Counted from the first letter of the whole stretch, positions 49,455-63,355 are shown. The stretch is 63,891 nucleotides of DNA, filler included, from Octopus bimaculoides (GCF_001194135.2; 6 parts of 5 records of this genome joined end to end with filler, not necessarily neighbours in it); one strand, 5' to 3'. The notes: generated by a model not told the origin, from the sequence alone. A program made the numbers and translations.

Positions 49455-52290
49455 CATCATCATCATCATCATCATCATTTAACATCTGTTGTCCATGCTG
49501 GCATGGATTGGACGGTTTGACAGGGCTGGCATGTTGGAAGGCTGCACCAGACTCCAGTTTGATTTGGCATGGTTTTCTACGGCTGGATGACCTTCCTAAC
49601 ACCAACTACTCTGAGAGTGTAATGAGTGTCAATTTGTGTGACACCAGTATCTGCTACAACTGTGATTTTGCTCAGTTTGATGGGTCTTCTTCTCAAGTAC
49701 AACATAATGCCAAAGGTTTCGGTCACTGCCACTGTGAAGCCCAACACTTGAAAGGAACTCAACCACTTTGCCTCTGTGAGGCCCAACACTCAAAGGGAAC
49801 TCAGCCACTTTGCCTCTGTGAGGCCCAATGCTTGAAAAGTGTTCTTTACATGCCACCAGCATGGGTGCACTTGGCTTGATGGGTCCTCTCAAGCACAGCA
49901 CTTCGCCAAGGGTATCGGGTCTCGGTCACTAGTCATTGCCTCATGCTTCACCACCTCATTTCATGTCTTCCTGGGTCTACCTCTATCACAGGCTCCCCTC
50001 CACAGTTAGAGATCAGCACTTTACACAGCTGTCCTTGTTGATACGCATTACATGACTATACCAGCGCAGTTGTCTCTTTTACACACCACATCTGATGCCT
50101 CTTATGCCCAACTTTTCTCTCAAGGTGCTTACACCCTATCAAACATGTACACTGACATTGTACATCCAGTAAAGCATACTGGTGTAATGACCATGCGACC
50201 AGGAGATGGTGATGAGGAATGGCTCCTTTAGCGCATCGCACAGTCAATACAAATAAAAAACACGAAAAGAGGCTAAATGAGTATAAGTGCCAAAAAGGAA
50301 AAGAGAGAGACACAACCGGTAGAAGGTTTAAGAGAAGGTTTTTACTGATATATCAACATGTATGTCTGTGTGTGTGTGAGTGTGACATAATAAGCACAGT
50401 AATAGATAGGCTGTCATGCAAACAAAGTGTATGTGTATACAAACATGGATTCATGTGTGTGCAAGTAATACAGAGCATAGAAAAGAGTCTATAAGGACCT
50501 TAGAAGAAAGTTCAGACGCAAGGATGGTAAATACCAGTTCGTAGGTCAAGGTACACAGTGGTTGAGGTGCTGTATCAAGAAGTTGTAGTGGCAAGGCAGA
50601 GCCGAGAAAAGATACTGTCGCACGAGAAGTTGAAGCTTCAATGCTGTGGCCAGTTACTTGGTACAGGAGGTCTCGCAGGTTGTATTCGCTGTTAACCATG
50701 GTGAAGTAATTCACAAACAGTGTTGAGAGAACCTGTGTGGGTGCTGTTGGTGGTGTGTACGTAGAGAAGTTGGTGTAGATGCTAAGAAGATGATGGTGGC
50801 GACGAAGATGGAGGTCTTGAATGCTGGAAGAAGTGTTGCATCTCCATGTGGGTTGTTGTCGTGTCGTCGCTGGAACTGGCTGTGTGCTCTGTGGTTAGCG
50901 GCTGGAGCCAAGAAGGCTAACAAAACTGTGACAGTGAAAAGCTAGCTATTTATAAGATACTATTGGCTCAAACAGGGGTTCAGAAAGACTGTCCCATGCG
51001 ACCTTATCTGAAAGCTGCGATTGGTTCGGTTGCATCTTGGCACGCAATAGAACAGGAGACAAAATGCGCCAATACCAACCAATCAGAGTGGTGGACACAA
51101 CAGGATCCGAAAGTGGGGCCGAAGGCTAGCTGTTATCCACTATGTTAGCATCCATGTATATATAATGGAGAGAGAGAAGTACGCTACACTGGCTTAATTT
51201 CTTTCAAGCCTATGCATGTCCTCGGCTATCACAGCCCCTGTTTCACTGCCATGCAGCATAGCTGTTCACACACAGGCATCAAACAATCTGCCTTTCACTC
51301 TGAGAGAGAGGCCCTTTGTTGCCAGCAGGGGTAGGAGCTCTCTGAACTTTGCCCATCCTAATCTTATTCTCACAGCTACGCTCTCAGAGGATCCACCTCT
51401 ACTACTAACTTGGTCACCTAGGTAACAGAAGCTATCTACTACCTCTAGCTTTCCTCCCATGGCAGTTGATGGAGTTTACATACTGTCCATTTTCAGTGTT
51501 TATTGCTCCTGTGCATCTTCCACATACAAAAACTAGCTTCCCTGTTAACCTTCCTCTGATATTGCTGCACCTTTTATGTGTCCAAAGCTTACTCTGGGTG
51601 CACCCTATGGAGTTTCTACTTACACCATTTCCACAGATTGAGTAGCGCCATCTGCCTGAAGAGATTTGTGATCTGTCTGCCTTCCTACTTACTAAGACTT
51701 CGGTTTTTGCTCAGTTAACTCTAAGGCCCTTTGATTCTAGGCCTTGCTTCCATACCTGGAATGTCTTCTCTAGTTCAGGTAGTGATTCATCTCCAAGTGC
51801 AAGGTCATCAGTATAGAGCTCCCAGAACAGCCTATCTTGAATTCCTCTGTTATTGCTTGGAGGACTATGATGAACAAGAGGGGGCTGAGCACCGATCTTT
51901 GGTGGACCCCTACTTGTACCCTGAATTCTTCGCTGTACTCATTGCCAACCCTCACTTTACTGGCAGCATCCCTGTACATAGCTTGTACAGCTCTCACCAA
52001 CCACTCATCTATTCCTAGTTTCTGCATTGACCACCAGATGAGGGATCAGGGGACCCTGTCAAAGGGTTTCTCAAAGTTAACAAAGGCCAAGTACTGAGGT
52101 TTATCTTTGGCTATGTAGTTCTCCTGCAGCTGCCTCACTAGAAATATAGCATCTGTGGTACTTCTTTCCTGGCACAAAAACAAAACTGCATCTCCTCTAG
52201 GTTAACTCTCTCCCTAATTAGTTGGGCTGTAACCCTCTCTGTAACTTTCATACCTGATCCAGCAATTTGATACCCTTTTAAATATTTTTC
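49455..52290 (-). mobile_element. RTE LINE (third family), 5'-truncated, with RT, Cys-rich insertion, C-terminus, 3' UTR and (GAT)n tail; split by a solo LTR
   Basis: GIKLLDQGMKVTERV, STTDAIFLVRQLQE, AFVNFEKPFDRVP, VGVHQRSVLSPLLF, LYTDD, VDSFCYLGD, RGRPRKT; (CAT)n on + at about 49455-49478; decayed. Confidence 0.88.
50183..51188. mobile_element. Solo LTR (1006 bp) inserted in the RTE ORF
   Basis: TGTA...TACA termini; 4-bp TSD CTGG (50179-50182 and 51189-51192). Excising it rejoins the LINE frame as RLERN*ASMLYWMYNVS. Confidence 0.82.
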
Positions 52291-52529
52291 TCTTTTGTCA
52301 CTTTAAACCATCTGGTATTTTATTTTATATACTTGTTTTTATTCTTTGTTAAGGATCAACATTCGAATCTTCTTTCACCACATAGACTCACTTTTCTTCC
52401 ATATTTGGAATCAGCAAACAAAAAAAAAAACCCTACCATTTTCTTCACTGTCAACACTATTCAATGAAGCAATACCTTAAAAAGACGAAGTGGTAGTGAG
52501 ACATGGGTTCTGAATGCCGAAGACTGAAG

Positions 52530-53645
52530 AATGCATAGACTGGAGAGAAACGAAGGCAGTGTGCTCTGTTGGATGTGCAACATCAGTGTGCATGTACAAC
52601 AAAGTGCAAATGTATTGAGAGAAAAGTTGGGCATAAGAGGAATCAAATGTAGCATGCAAGAGAGAAGACTACATTGGTTTGAACATGATGCATAAAGAAG
52701 TGCCTGTCACTGAAAGTGGATGGTATCCGCAGAAGAGGGAGACCCAGGAAGACATGGGACAAAGTGATAAGGACTGATCTCAGGACATTCAGCCAATCTA
52801 CACCTCTTCCTCACATTTCCGCCTTTATACCCCATGCCTAGCTCTCACTCCCCAATTCTGTCCTCACAGCTGTTTCTCTGTTTCATTGCCATCCAGTAGC
52901 CCCCCCCCCCTCTATATATACCCAGGTTTTCACCACTCACTTCCCTACCCCTCTGCACTCTCTAATCCCACTTCTTTTGCAATATCCTGCCACTTATATT
53001 ACAACCTTTGAACCTCAAGGTTATACCCTGGCACTTGCCACCATCTATATCTCTCTCTTTTTTTACTCAACCATCTCATTTATATCCTGATCCCCGTCCC
53101 TTGTGTGTGTGCCTGGCACTTTGCCACCATTTCTATCCTGCTCTCTCTCTCCTTCTTTTTCACTTCACTTGGGTAACCATTTTATCTTCTTGCAGCAGCA
53201 CACTTATTTCTCTCTTCATTCTTGATATCTCTCTCTCTCTCTCTTTTTGGCTGGGTAACCTTGTACCTCCTTTACAACAAGACACCTGTTTCTGCCTCTC
53301 TGTCACACTAACCTTTTATCATCTGACTCAAGATCACCTCCTCCCCTCTCAAATGATTTCTGTCTTGCAAGTTACTTGGTGATCCTGTTAGTGCAGGTGC
53401 TACTTAAAAAGCCTCTAGTCCACCCTGTAAAGTGGTTGACATTCAGGTGTAAAAGCCTTGCCAAAACTGACCTTGTCATTGCTTGTGCCACGTAAAAAGC
53501 ACTAAGTACCCCCTGCTAAGTGGTTGGTGTTAGAAAGGGCATCCAGCTGTAAAAATCCTGCTAAAACAGTTGCAGAAGTCTAGTGCAGGCTCCTGCCTGG
53601 CAAACCGTCCCACTCGTGCCAGCAAGGAAGGTGGACATTAATAGA
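52530..53645 (+). mobile_element. Second, oppositely oriented RTE 3' fragment (ORF C-terminus plus 3' UTR)
   Basis: VHVQQSANVLREKLGIRGIKCSMQERRLHWF..RGRPRKTWDKVIRTDL on +, then the family 3' UTR (GTGGTTGGTGTTAGAAAGGGCATCCAGCTGT). Confidence 0.7.
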
Positions 53646-54329
53646 GAGACACACAGACATGTGTATGCGTGTGTCATATATAATCATCATTTAGTGTCCA
53701 CTTTTCCATACTTGCATGGATCAGGCAGAATTTGTTGAGGCAGGTTTTCTTTGGCTGGATGCCTTTCCTGTCATCAACCTTTTCCAAGCAAGGTATTATT
53801 TCCCCATGGCCAGACACATTTTCCCACAAAAGACTGGAAACAAACAACATGGCTTGTATGACAGTGATGCTCATTTACAACCATTCCTGTGATATCTGGA
53901 GAAGGGTACACAGAAGTATGTTATATATATATATATATGCTTCATCATCGTTTTAGCTTCTAATTTTCAATACTTGCATGGGTCACACAGAATTAGTTGT
54001 TCAGGCAAATTTTCTGTGACCAGACAACTTACCAGTTTCCAAGTAATGTAATATTTCTCCATGACTGGACATGTTTTCACAGAAGATTCGAAACAGAGGA
54101 ATACCACTTTCTATGATGGGGATGCTCGGTTTCTTGACAACTATCACACAAGAGCAAGACAAGGAGATACTAACACACAATTAGTTTCTTTCAGTTTCCA
54201 TCTACCAAATCTGACCATGAGCCAGAGGCTGGCCTGGGGCTATAGTAGACACTTCCTCAAGATGACAAACAATGGGACTGAACTCAAGACCACGAGTTGC
54301 AAAGATTCTTAACCATACAACCAGCCTGC

Positions 54330-54367
<38 letters not shown>

Positions 54368-56783
54368 NNNNNNNNNNNNNNNNNNNNNNNNNNNNNNNNN
54401 NNNNNNNNNNNNNNNNNNNNNNNNNNNNNNNNNNNNNNNNNNNNNNNNNNNNNNNNNNNNNNNNNNNTTGGACGCTCAGGAAAGGAAAGAAAAGAAAGAG
54501 CATTTCACGTTTCGAGCAGAGCTCTTCATCAGAAATATAGAAAGGGTCCAAAGATGGGAAGATGGAGAAAGAAAATCGCCAACGATACACATGCAGTCAC
54601 ATACATACATATATATACATATATATATATAAGGTACATGACTTAGTGGTTAGGGTATTCGACTCACAATCTTAAAATTGTGAGTCCAATTCCCAGTGGT
54701 ACATTGTGTTCTTGAGCAAAATTACCGCTAAATTACAGGAACATAAACAAGCCAAGAGCAGTTGTCAAGCATTGGTGGGGGACAAACACACAGACACGAC
54801 GAACTTCTTCCAGTTTCTGTCTACCAAATCCACTCACAAGGCTTTGGTTGTCCAAGGCTATCGTAGAAGACACTTGCCCAAGGTGCCACGCAGTGGGACT
54901 GAACCTGAAACCATGTGATTAACCTCAGAGTAAAGATAACCAAGATTTGTGAACCTTTCATAGGTGCAGGAATAGCTTTGGTTAATAAGCTTGTTTTGTA
55001 GCCATGTGGCTTTGGGGTTCAGGCCCACTGTTTGACACCTTGGGCAAGTGTCTTCTACTATAATTGCATCAGGCCAATCAATGCCTTGTCAGTGGATTTG
55101 GTAGACGGAAACTGTGAGGAAGCCCATTATGTGTATACATATATCTGTGTGTGCATGCATGCCTTTGTATTTGTCCTCCCCTTCCAACAATTAACGACCG
55201 GTGTTGGTTTGTTTACTTACCTGTAACATAGTGGTTCGGCAAAAGAGATCCGGCAGAATAAATACAAGCTTAAAAATAAATACTGGGGCCGATTCATTCA
55301 ACTAAAAACTTCAAGGCGGTGCCCCAGCATGGCTGCAGTCGAATGACTGAAACAAGTAAAAGATAAAAATTATAGGGTCTAAAGTTGGAAATTTTGTTGA
55401 AGAAAGGGGAGAGGAAATGATTAGCTGTGACGTTCATGTGTTTCTGAAGAAAAACGAAGATGAAAGAGAAACAGTTCCAACGGCGATTCCTTTACTACAT
55501 TGGTAGACACTACATAGAAATAGCAGCTAAATTTCCCCCAAACCATATTTTACTCTCTTGGAATAAGGATGCTGTTCCCGTACATAAACTATACTACAAA
55601 GGCGGGATGGTCACAGGTGAATGAGGAGGGGTAGACAGAGGTAGGAATCAATCGACCCAAGTTCATGACAGGTACTAAATTTAAATACACCGGATGGATG
55701 GTGACTTCAGCGAGGTTTGAAGGGACATAACTAAATAGTATAACATTTAATCCGTGTCATAATAATAATAATTATTATTTCTAATTTTGGCACAAAGATA
55801 GTAATTTCAGTGGGAGGAGGTTCAGTCGATTACATCTACCCCGGTATTTCTATTTTGTCTACCCGAAAAGGATGAAAGGCAAAGTTGACCGTGGCGGCAT
55901 TTCAATTCAGAACGTAAAGAGCCAGAAGGAATACCACTAAGCATTTTATCGGATGCAATAACGATTCTACCAACTCGCCGTCCTAAAGGCACAACGCTTG
56001 AAATTCTGGGGTAGCGGGGCATCCGATTAAATCGACCCCCAGTGCTCGGCCAGTACTTTAGGTTATTGACCTCGGAAAGGACGAAAGGCGGAATTTCAGC
56101 CTAAATGCTCATATTTAATGAAGACGGTTGTGTGGCGTTCATTAGGTTCTAATATTAATTGGAACCGTTATAGGTCATTCGAGTGTTGACCTCTTTCTCA
56201 ACAAGTCTCTGATTGACCAAAGCACATAACCTCGGAGTTATGTTGTGACATTCATGCATTGCCACTACAGAAAGAAAGAGAGAGGGGAGGAGAGAGAGAG
56301 AGAGAGCATGTACAGATAAACAAACCAGGGCAACAACAGCAGCAACTATTTCTTTCATAACATCATCGACTAAGAATTTTTTTCATTTTCATTTCATTAT
56401 CAGCAATTGTTGTGCTACCGAATACTTGAGCTTTGGATCCGTTTCAGCTGCTACCGTCACCGCCACATTCCTGAGAACATCAACATCCAGACATTCTCTC
56501 AGACAGTTTTAGAGCCTTATAAAATAAAATATAAAAGATAGGAGGCGGGGCGACGTCGCAAGTGAGGAGTGCTAACCAACTGAGGTATGAGAGGGTGTGG
56601 TGATGTTAATACCTTTCTCGGTAGTATTGCTAACATAAACAATAACAGAGAGAGAGAGAGAAAGAGAAGATAGAATAGACTTTAGCTGATAAAAGTAACT
56701 GAACAGAGATAAAGGTATTATCAGAGAGAGATTTATGATGAAAATCTTGAGGCTTCTGGGACAGAATAAACATGTCATATGTA

Positions 56784-56815
<32 letters not shown>

Positions 56816-58281
56816 CACATACATACACGTGCACTATTAATCGATAGACAGATATGAGGCAGTAAACATCACACGATTTTAATACACGTGTATACACACA
56901 CACACACACACACACCCATCACGTTTGTGTGTGTGTGTGTGTGTGTAATGTAGCAAACACATATACGATTATTGATCAACACCACACGCAAATGTGTATA
57001 TGCGTGTTTATATATGCGTGTATGTGTTTGCTACATTATGCACGACAATACAATCAATCTATAAATCTATAAAAATATTTTTTTCAATTCATCGATATCA
57101 ATTTTCTGTCACTAAATTCATATCCTATTTTGAGAAAAACACAACGATTTGGCCGAACGGGTGGCACACCCTCAGCTACACGACACATCATGGTTACGGG
57201 TTCAATCCTTGCCAGTGACTCATTCTACACTAGTTGCTTTCCCGTTCATCTCGGTTCAACTCCTGCTGAAACATCTCTCGCTCTGTCTATCTCTCTTCAT
57301 TCCATTCATTGGTAGTTGACCTTATTCGTCTTTAAAGATTCAATTTTAAAAGCCGGGTCACAGTAAGAATATCGAGAAAAATAAATAGCGATAACAATAA
57401 CACAATAAACACAGAAGTGGCTGTGTGATTCAAAGGCTGGCTTCCCAACCACGTGATCTTGGGTTCAGTTCTACTGCGCGGCACCTTGGGCAAGTGTCTT
57501 CTATTTTAGCTCCGAGTTATTTATATCTATGTGAATTGTTTCACCCACCATCACCACCAGCACTTGACAACCAGTGCTGGTTTGTTTGCGTCCCCGTAAC
57601 TTAGCGGTTCGGCAGAAAAGTGAACGATAGAATAAGTCCCAGGCTTTCAGGAGAAGGCAAAAAAACGTAAGTATCGGAATCGATTTGATCGACTGAAACC
57701 CTTCAACCTGGTGCTCCAGCATGGCCGCAGTCCGGAGACTGGAATAATAAATAAATTAATTGGTTAATAAAAACCCACATGCCACTAACATATTTGATCT
57801 CTGATTGATTGCACACAAATCATCTTTCCTCTCCATCGACAAGAAATCTATGTCTAAGCAATATGCATCCTCAACATCGAGCACGGTGCAAATAAGTGTT
57901 GTTAAATATGTCAAGTGCATATGTGTGGGTCACACAATACAAACATTGGATTGTGTGTGTGTGGGAGGGAGCCGATGCGTGGTCGTACAGCCTGGCAGAA
58001 ATAGCGACCACATTTCCCTCGAAATACACATCCTGCCAGTGGGTTTTCTCCCTTTTTCTTTTCACTGACCCCGCTCCTTTTTTTTATTTTTTAAAGGAAG
58101 GGCTCCTTAAATAATGAGTTCGGGATACACAAAAATACAGGATGGTCACAAGTGGAACGAACTTAATATTATAAGCCTGTTTGATCAAATATGTCCTAGA
58201 GCTAAGCATTATATATAAATGAGTCTGTAGGGTTGTATTTGTGTGTGTGTGTATTATATGTATATATGTGTGTTTGTACAA

Positions 58282-58344
<63 letters not shown>

Positions 58345-58580
58345 GTGTGCATGGAGATAATGCATACCTACATACGAACACAGGAAACGAGTGGGAGGGA
58401 CAGTACTCAATACACGCAGGTAGAGTCTAAAGAACCAAACGTTAAAAAAACACCATCGCTATTCGTGTTTCCTCTGTACATGCGATCATCCTCTTTCTTC
58501 CGATGACACAGTTATCATCAGTAAGCTCTGGTGAGCCGTACTTAGTGGTTCTACATATATTTACAATACCTCTCAATAAA

Positions 58581-58613
<33 letters not shown>

Positions 58614-58791
58614 GTGTGTGTGTGTGTATCACTGTTCAGAATTCAAATGGAATCAGGTTGCCGGGGGACCTACAACATAGGAACCAATAATGTAGTGTAC
58701 ACATTACAATCGACTTTATATAAAGTCGATTGCTCAAAATTCCCCTCTTTTATATGGTTGGCGTTGTGCCTGGTCAAAATGTGTGTGTGTG

Positions 58792-58880
<89 letters not shown>

Positions 58881-59474
58881 CTTTGTAATATATTATAGTC
58901 TCGCATCGAATGTAAAATATTATTATATTATAAAATAGTGTGTCAATTGTGAATATGTAAAAGGTGTAGAAGAAAGTGGAGGTGACGGTAGTGAAAATTA
59001 GGAAATAAACAATAGAAAAGAGATAGAGTAGAGGTATAAGGTAGATTATACAATAGATAGATAGATAGATACAGAAATAACAGTCGATTGTAGAGGGTTG
59101 ATATGTAGTTAAATATGAAGTGTATGTGTGTGTGTGTGTGTATATAACGGTAGAGAGTAGGGGATAAATGGATAGATAGCCATAAAGTATATTAGAAACA
59201 ACAGTCGATTGTAGGGGGTCATGTTTAACAGTTAACAGTATAGCAGCATCAGCAACAACATAGAATAATTTGATTTCAATCTAACAGAAAATCGGTTAAG
59301 AATCAACGACAAACATACACATACGTACAAATATATATGCATACATATATATACACACATATACACGATGGATGGATAGATAGATAGATAGATAGATAGA
59401 TAGGATATACACACAATATATATACTTTATACATACACACTATATATACACACAAATCATTACAAATCCCCACA

Positions 59475-59509
<35 letters not shown>

Positions 59510-59660
59510 TTCATTTATATAAACAGAAGGGGAAAATATTACAACAAAAAATATAGATAATGGAAGAAACGAAAAGAAAATTGAAACATCCTTCTTTGCT
59601 TTTTTTCTCCCCCTCTTCACTTTCTGAAAAATCATCAAAAAAATTTTTTTTATTACTTAC

Positions 59661-59759
59661 CGAACGTATCTGTCTTCTGAAAATATAACAGATGAAACTC
59701 CATATTTTGGCTGCTAATATGAAGAAACCTCGTAATCCCATAACAAAGTAGGTGATCAT
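59661..59759 (-). CDS. CTDNEP1: CTDNEP1/Dullard first coding exon (N-terminal membrane-anchoring helix)
   Basis: MITYFVMGLRGFFILAAKIWSFICYIFRRQIRS|GTAAGT. Aligns by eye to the human N-terminus (..[26 protein letters not shown], recalled) with a perfect phase-0 donor at the same position. Confidence 0.88.
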
Positions 59760-62715
59760 TAGTGCAGCATGGAATGGTCACAGATATCTGAGGAAGAGAA
59801 AGTTACCTGCTTGAGGCGTCGAAGAATTCCACAGATACAAGAAGCAAGACCTCACGAGTCTTACCTCTTCACTCAAAACAAACACACACACACATATATA
59901 TTTAGATATATTTAAGAATTTATGTGTAGAAATATATAGGGATTTATATATCTAACACACACATATATATATATATTTATATTTATATATATACACTTCA
60001 AAAGAACACTGTGTGTGGTGTACGTATGTGTAATACACACATTGGAGTTTATTTGATGCTATATATTTGAAAAAGGGAGTTAATAGTGGTTGAGGATGTA
60101 TATATGTTATAGGGAGGTAATGTGTGCATACAGACGTATATATAAATATGTTATATATGTGTGTGTATTATATTAATGTGTGTATATATTTCGTGTATAT
60201 ATATATATATAAATATATATATTATATTAAATGGAGGTAGGGTGTGTGTAGATACATGTAAATACGTGTATATTATATGAAGTTAGTGTGAATATCTAGA
60301 CACGCACATATTCATATAAATATATATGTATGTGTGTGCATGTATGTTATGTAAACTTATGAATTACAACACATAAAAACATATATATATATATATATAT
60401 ATATGTGTGCTGTGTACAGTATGTATATATGGATGTATGCATACGTTCATAGGTTTCTGGTGGTAGTAGCAAGGGTACTCTTCCTTTTTTTCCTTTCTGG
60501 CCTTATTGCTGGTGTTAAATACACCGCCAACAACAGCACCACCGCCAACAACAACAGCACTACTAGTTGTAGTAGTAGTAGTAGTGGTGTCAATAGTAGC
60601 TCTTACTCCAAGCTGTATTGGTTGGAAATATAAAGAGGAGCGCCTGCTTTCAGTCAATGTCTAACTAAANNNNNNNNNNNNNNNNNNNNNNNNNNNNNNN
60701 NNNNNNNNNNNNNTTAATTAATTAANNNNNNNNNNNNNNNNNNNNNNNNNNNNNNNNNNNNNNNNNNNNATGCTAGCATGGGTTGGACGATTTGACTGAG
60801 GACTGGTGTACCAGATCGCTGCATCAGGCTCCAATCTGATCTGGCAGAGTTTCTACAACTGGTTGCCCTTCCTAACGCCAACCACTCCGAGAGTGTAGTG
60901 GGTGCTTTTACGTGCTACCAGCACGAGGGCCAGTCGCACGTTACTGGCAATGGCCATGCTCAAAATGGTGTTTTTTACGTGCCAACTGCACAGGAGCCAG
61001 TCCAGCGGCACTGGCAAGTACCAGTAAGGCAATGCTCTAATGATCACACTCAAATGGTGCTATTTGCAGGCCACTAGCACGGAAGCCAGACAGCTGCTCT
61101 GGCAATGATCCTGCTCGGACAGTGTGGCACAGGTGCCAGTCATCGAATATGGTTCAATTACGATTTCGATTTCACTTGCCCCAACAGGTCTTTGCAAGCA
61201 GAGTTTAGTGTCCAATGAAGGAGAGGTTGGCATGGGTGCCAGCTGTCGAATTTGGTTCGATTTCGATTTCAAATTCACTTTCCTCAACAGGTCTTCACAA
61301 GCAGAGTTTAGTGTCCAATGAAGTAAAGATACGAATAAGTGAGCTGGCTACACTTCTGGCAAAGGTCACAGATTATGCTCTCACTTGCCTTGCCGGGTCT
61401 TCTTATGTACTGCATATTTCCANNNNNNNNNNNNNNNNNNNNNNNNNNNNNNNNNNNNNNNNNNNNNNNNNNNNNNNNNNNNNNNNNNNNNNNNNNNNNN
61501 NNNNNNNNNNNNNNNNNNNNNNNNNNNNNNNNNNNNNNNNNNNNNNNNNNNNNNNNNNNNNNNNNNNNNNNNNNNNNNNNNNNNNNNNNNNNNNNNNNNN
61601 NNNNNNNNNNNNNNNNNNNNNNNNNNNNNNNNNNNNNNNNNNNNNNNNNNNNNNNNNNNNNNNNNNNNNNNNNNNNNNNNNNNNNNNNNNNNNNNNNNNN
61701 NNNNNNNNNNNNNNNNNNNNNNNNNNNNNNNNNNNNNNNNNNNNNNNNNNNNNNNNNNNNNNNNNNNNNNNNNNNNNNNNNNNNNNNNNNNNNNNNNNNN
61801 NNNNNNNNNNNNNNNNNNNNNNNNNNNNNNNNNNNNNNNNNNNNNNNNNNNNNNNNNNNNNNNNNNNNNNNNNNNNNNNNNNNNNNNNNNNNNNNNNNNN
61901 NNNNNNNNNNNNNNNNNNNNNNNNNNNNNNNNNNNNNNNNNNNNNNNNNNNNNNNNNNNNNNNNNNNNNNNNNNNNNNNNNNNNNNNNNNNNNNNNNNNN
62001 NNNNNNNNNNNNNNNNNNNNNNNNNNNNNNNNNNNNNNNNNNNNNNNNNNNNNNNNNNNNNNNNNNNNNNNNNNNNNNNNNNNNNNNNNNNNNNNNNNNN
62101 NNNNNNNNNNNNNNNNNNNNNNNNNNNNNNNNNNNNNNNNNNNNNNNNNNNNNNNNNNNNNNNNNNNNNNNNNNNNNNNNNNNNNNNNNNNNNNNNNNTC
62201 TGTAAAAATATGTGACACTTATTCGGTAGCCATGATAAAACTCTGAGTTTCAGATGCCGGGGTGGGAGCCCACGCCAACATCTCTTCAGTTATCCGGGCA
62301 TTGAAAATTGCTGCGAAACGTAGCCATTAAACAAAGGGAAATTACTGTGTGGTTGACCGTTATTAAGACAAAAGAGCTATAGATCGCTAAGTAAGGGGAG
62401 AGGGTAAAAAGTAAGGGAGTAGGGAAGTCTATAGTGTTCACGCAAGCGCACCAATCCATACATTTGCCTATATTTATATACTAAACCACCCTCGCTGTAT
62501 GTTACTATTCTACTTTCTATGCTCTACATTATATATTTTAATAATTACTGGTATTTTTATATTTTATATATTATATATGCAAAGCATAATATGTTATACA
62601 TGTGTGTATATTGTTATAATTGTTTTTATAAAAAATAAATAAATAGACATAATATAATGTCCAAAAGTTGATGAATATCACCTCTTGATCCCCTCCATAT
62701 TCTTATTGCTGTATG

Positions 62716-62750
<35 letters not shown>

Positions 62751-63355
62751 NNNNNNNNNNNNNNNNNNNNNNNNNNNNNNNNNNNNNNNNNNNNTTAATT
62801 AATTAANNNNNNNNNNNNNNNNNNNNNNNNNNNNNNNNNNNNNNNNNNNNTATATATATATATATATAATTATATACTTATATGGCGATGGATAGATAGA
62901 TAGATAGATGGATGGATGGATACATACGTACAAACATATTTATATACGTAGATGCATACACACTAACATACACACGTACACAGAGAAAAACACACAGAAA
63001 ACACACAAGCACACACGTACATGGTGATAAATGCGGGGAGACATACAGAGAAATAGAGAAATACACACATAAACATACATACACACACACACACACACAC
63101 ACGGACGCATATACACGCATATGTGCACGAAAATGCATACTTAAAGGCTGGTAGAGAAAGCTACAGTAATAACAACACTAGACGTAACAATAATAAGTAC
63201 ATGCTGAATACGGCATATTCACTTCCTTCATTAGAGAGTACATACCGGCTGACATCCCGAGGAGAAATGAATACACGAATAACAGTGTTATGAAAGGACA
63301 ATTGTGCACTTGCATTTCCTAATGTCACATACACACACACACAGAACACACACGC

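Noticed and set aside
49720-49830. Regularly spaced ~42-bp repeats, superficially CRISPR-like (also 35060-35160 and 11830-12049)
   Set aside because: Tandem units without unique spacers, inside an RTE 3' UTR or a minisatellite, in a eukaryotic context with no cas genes.
59790-60660. Possible 5' UTR exons and donors upstream of CTDNEP1 exon 1 (GTAAGA near 59864, GTATGC near 60445)
   Set aside because: Plausible, but splice-like motifs alone cannot support them without transcripts.
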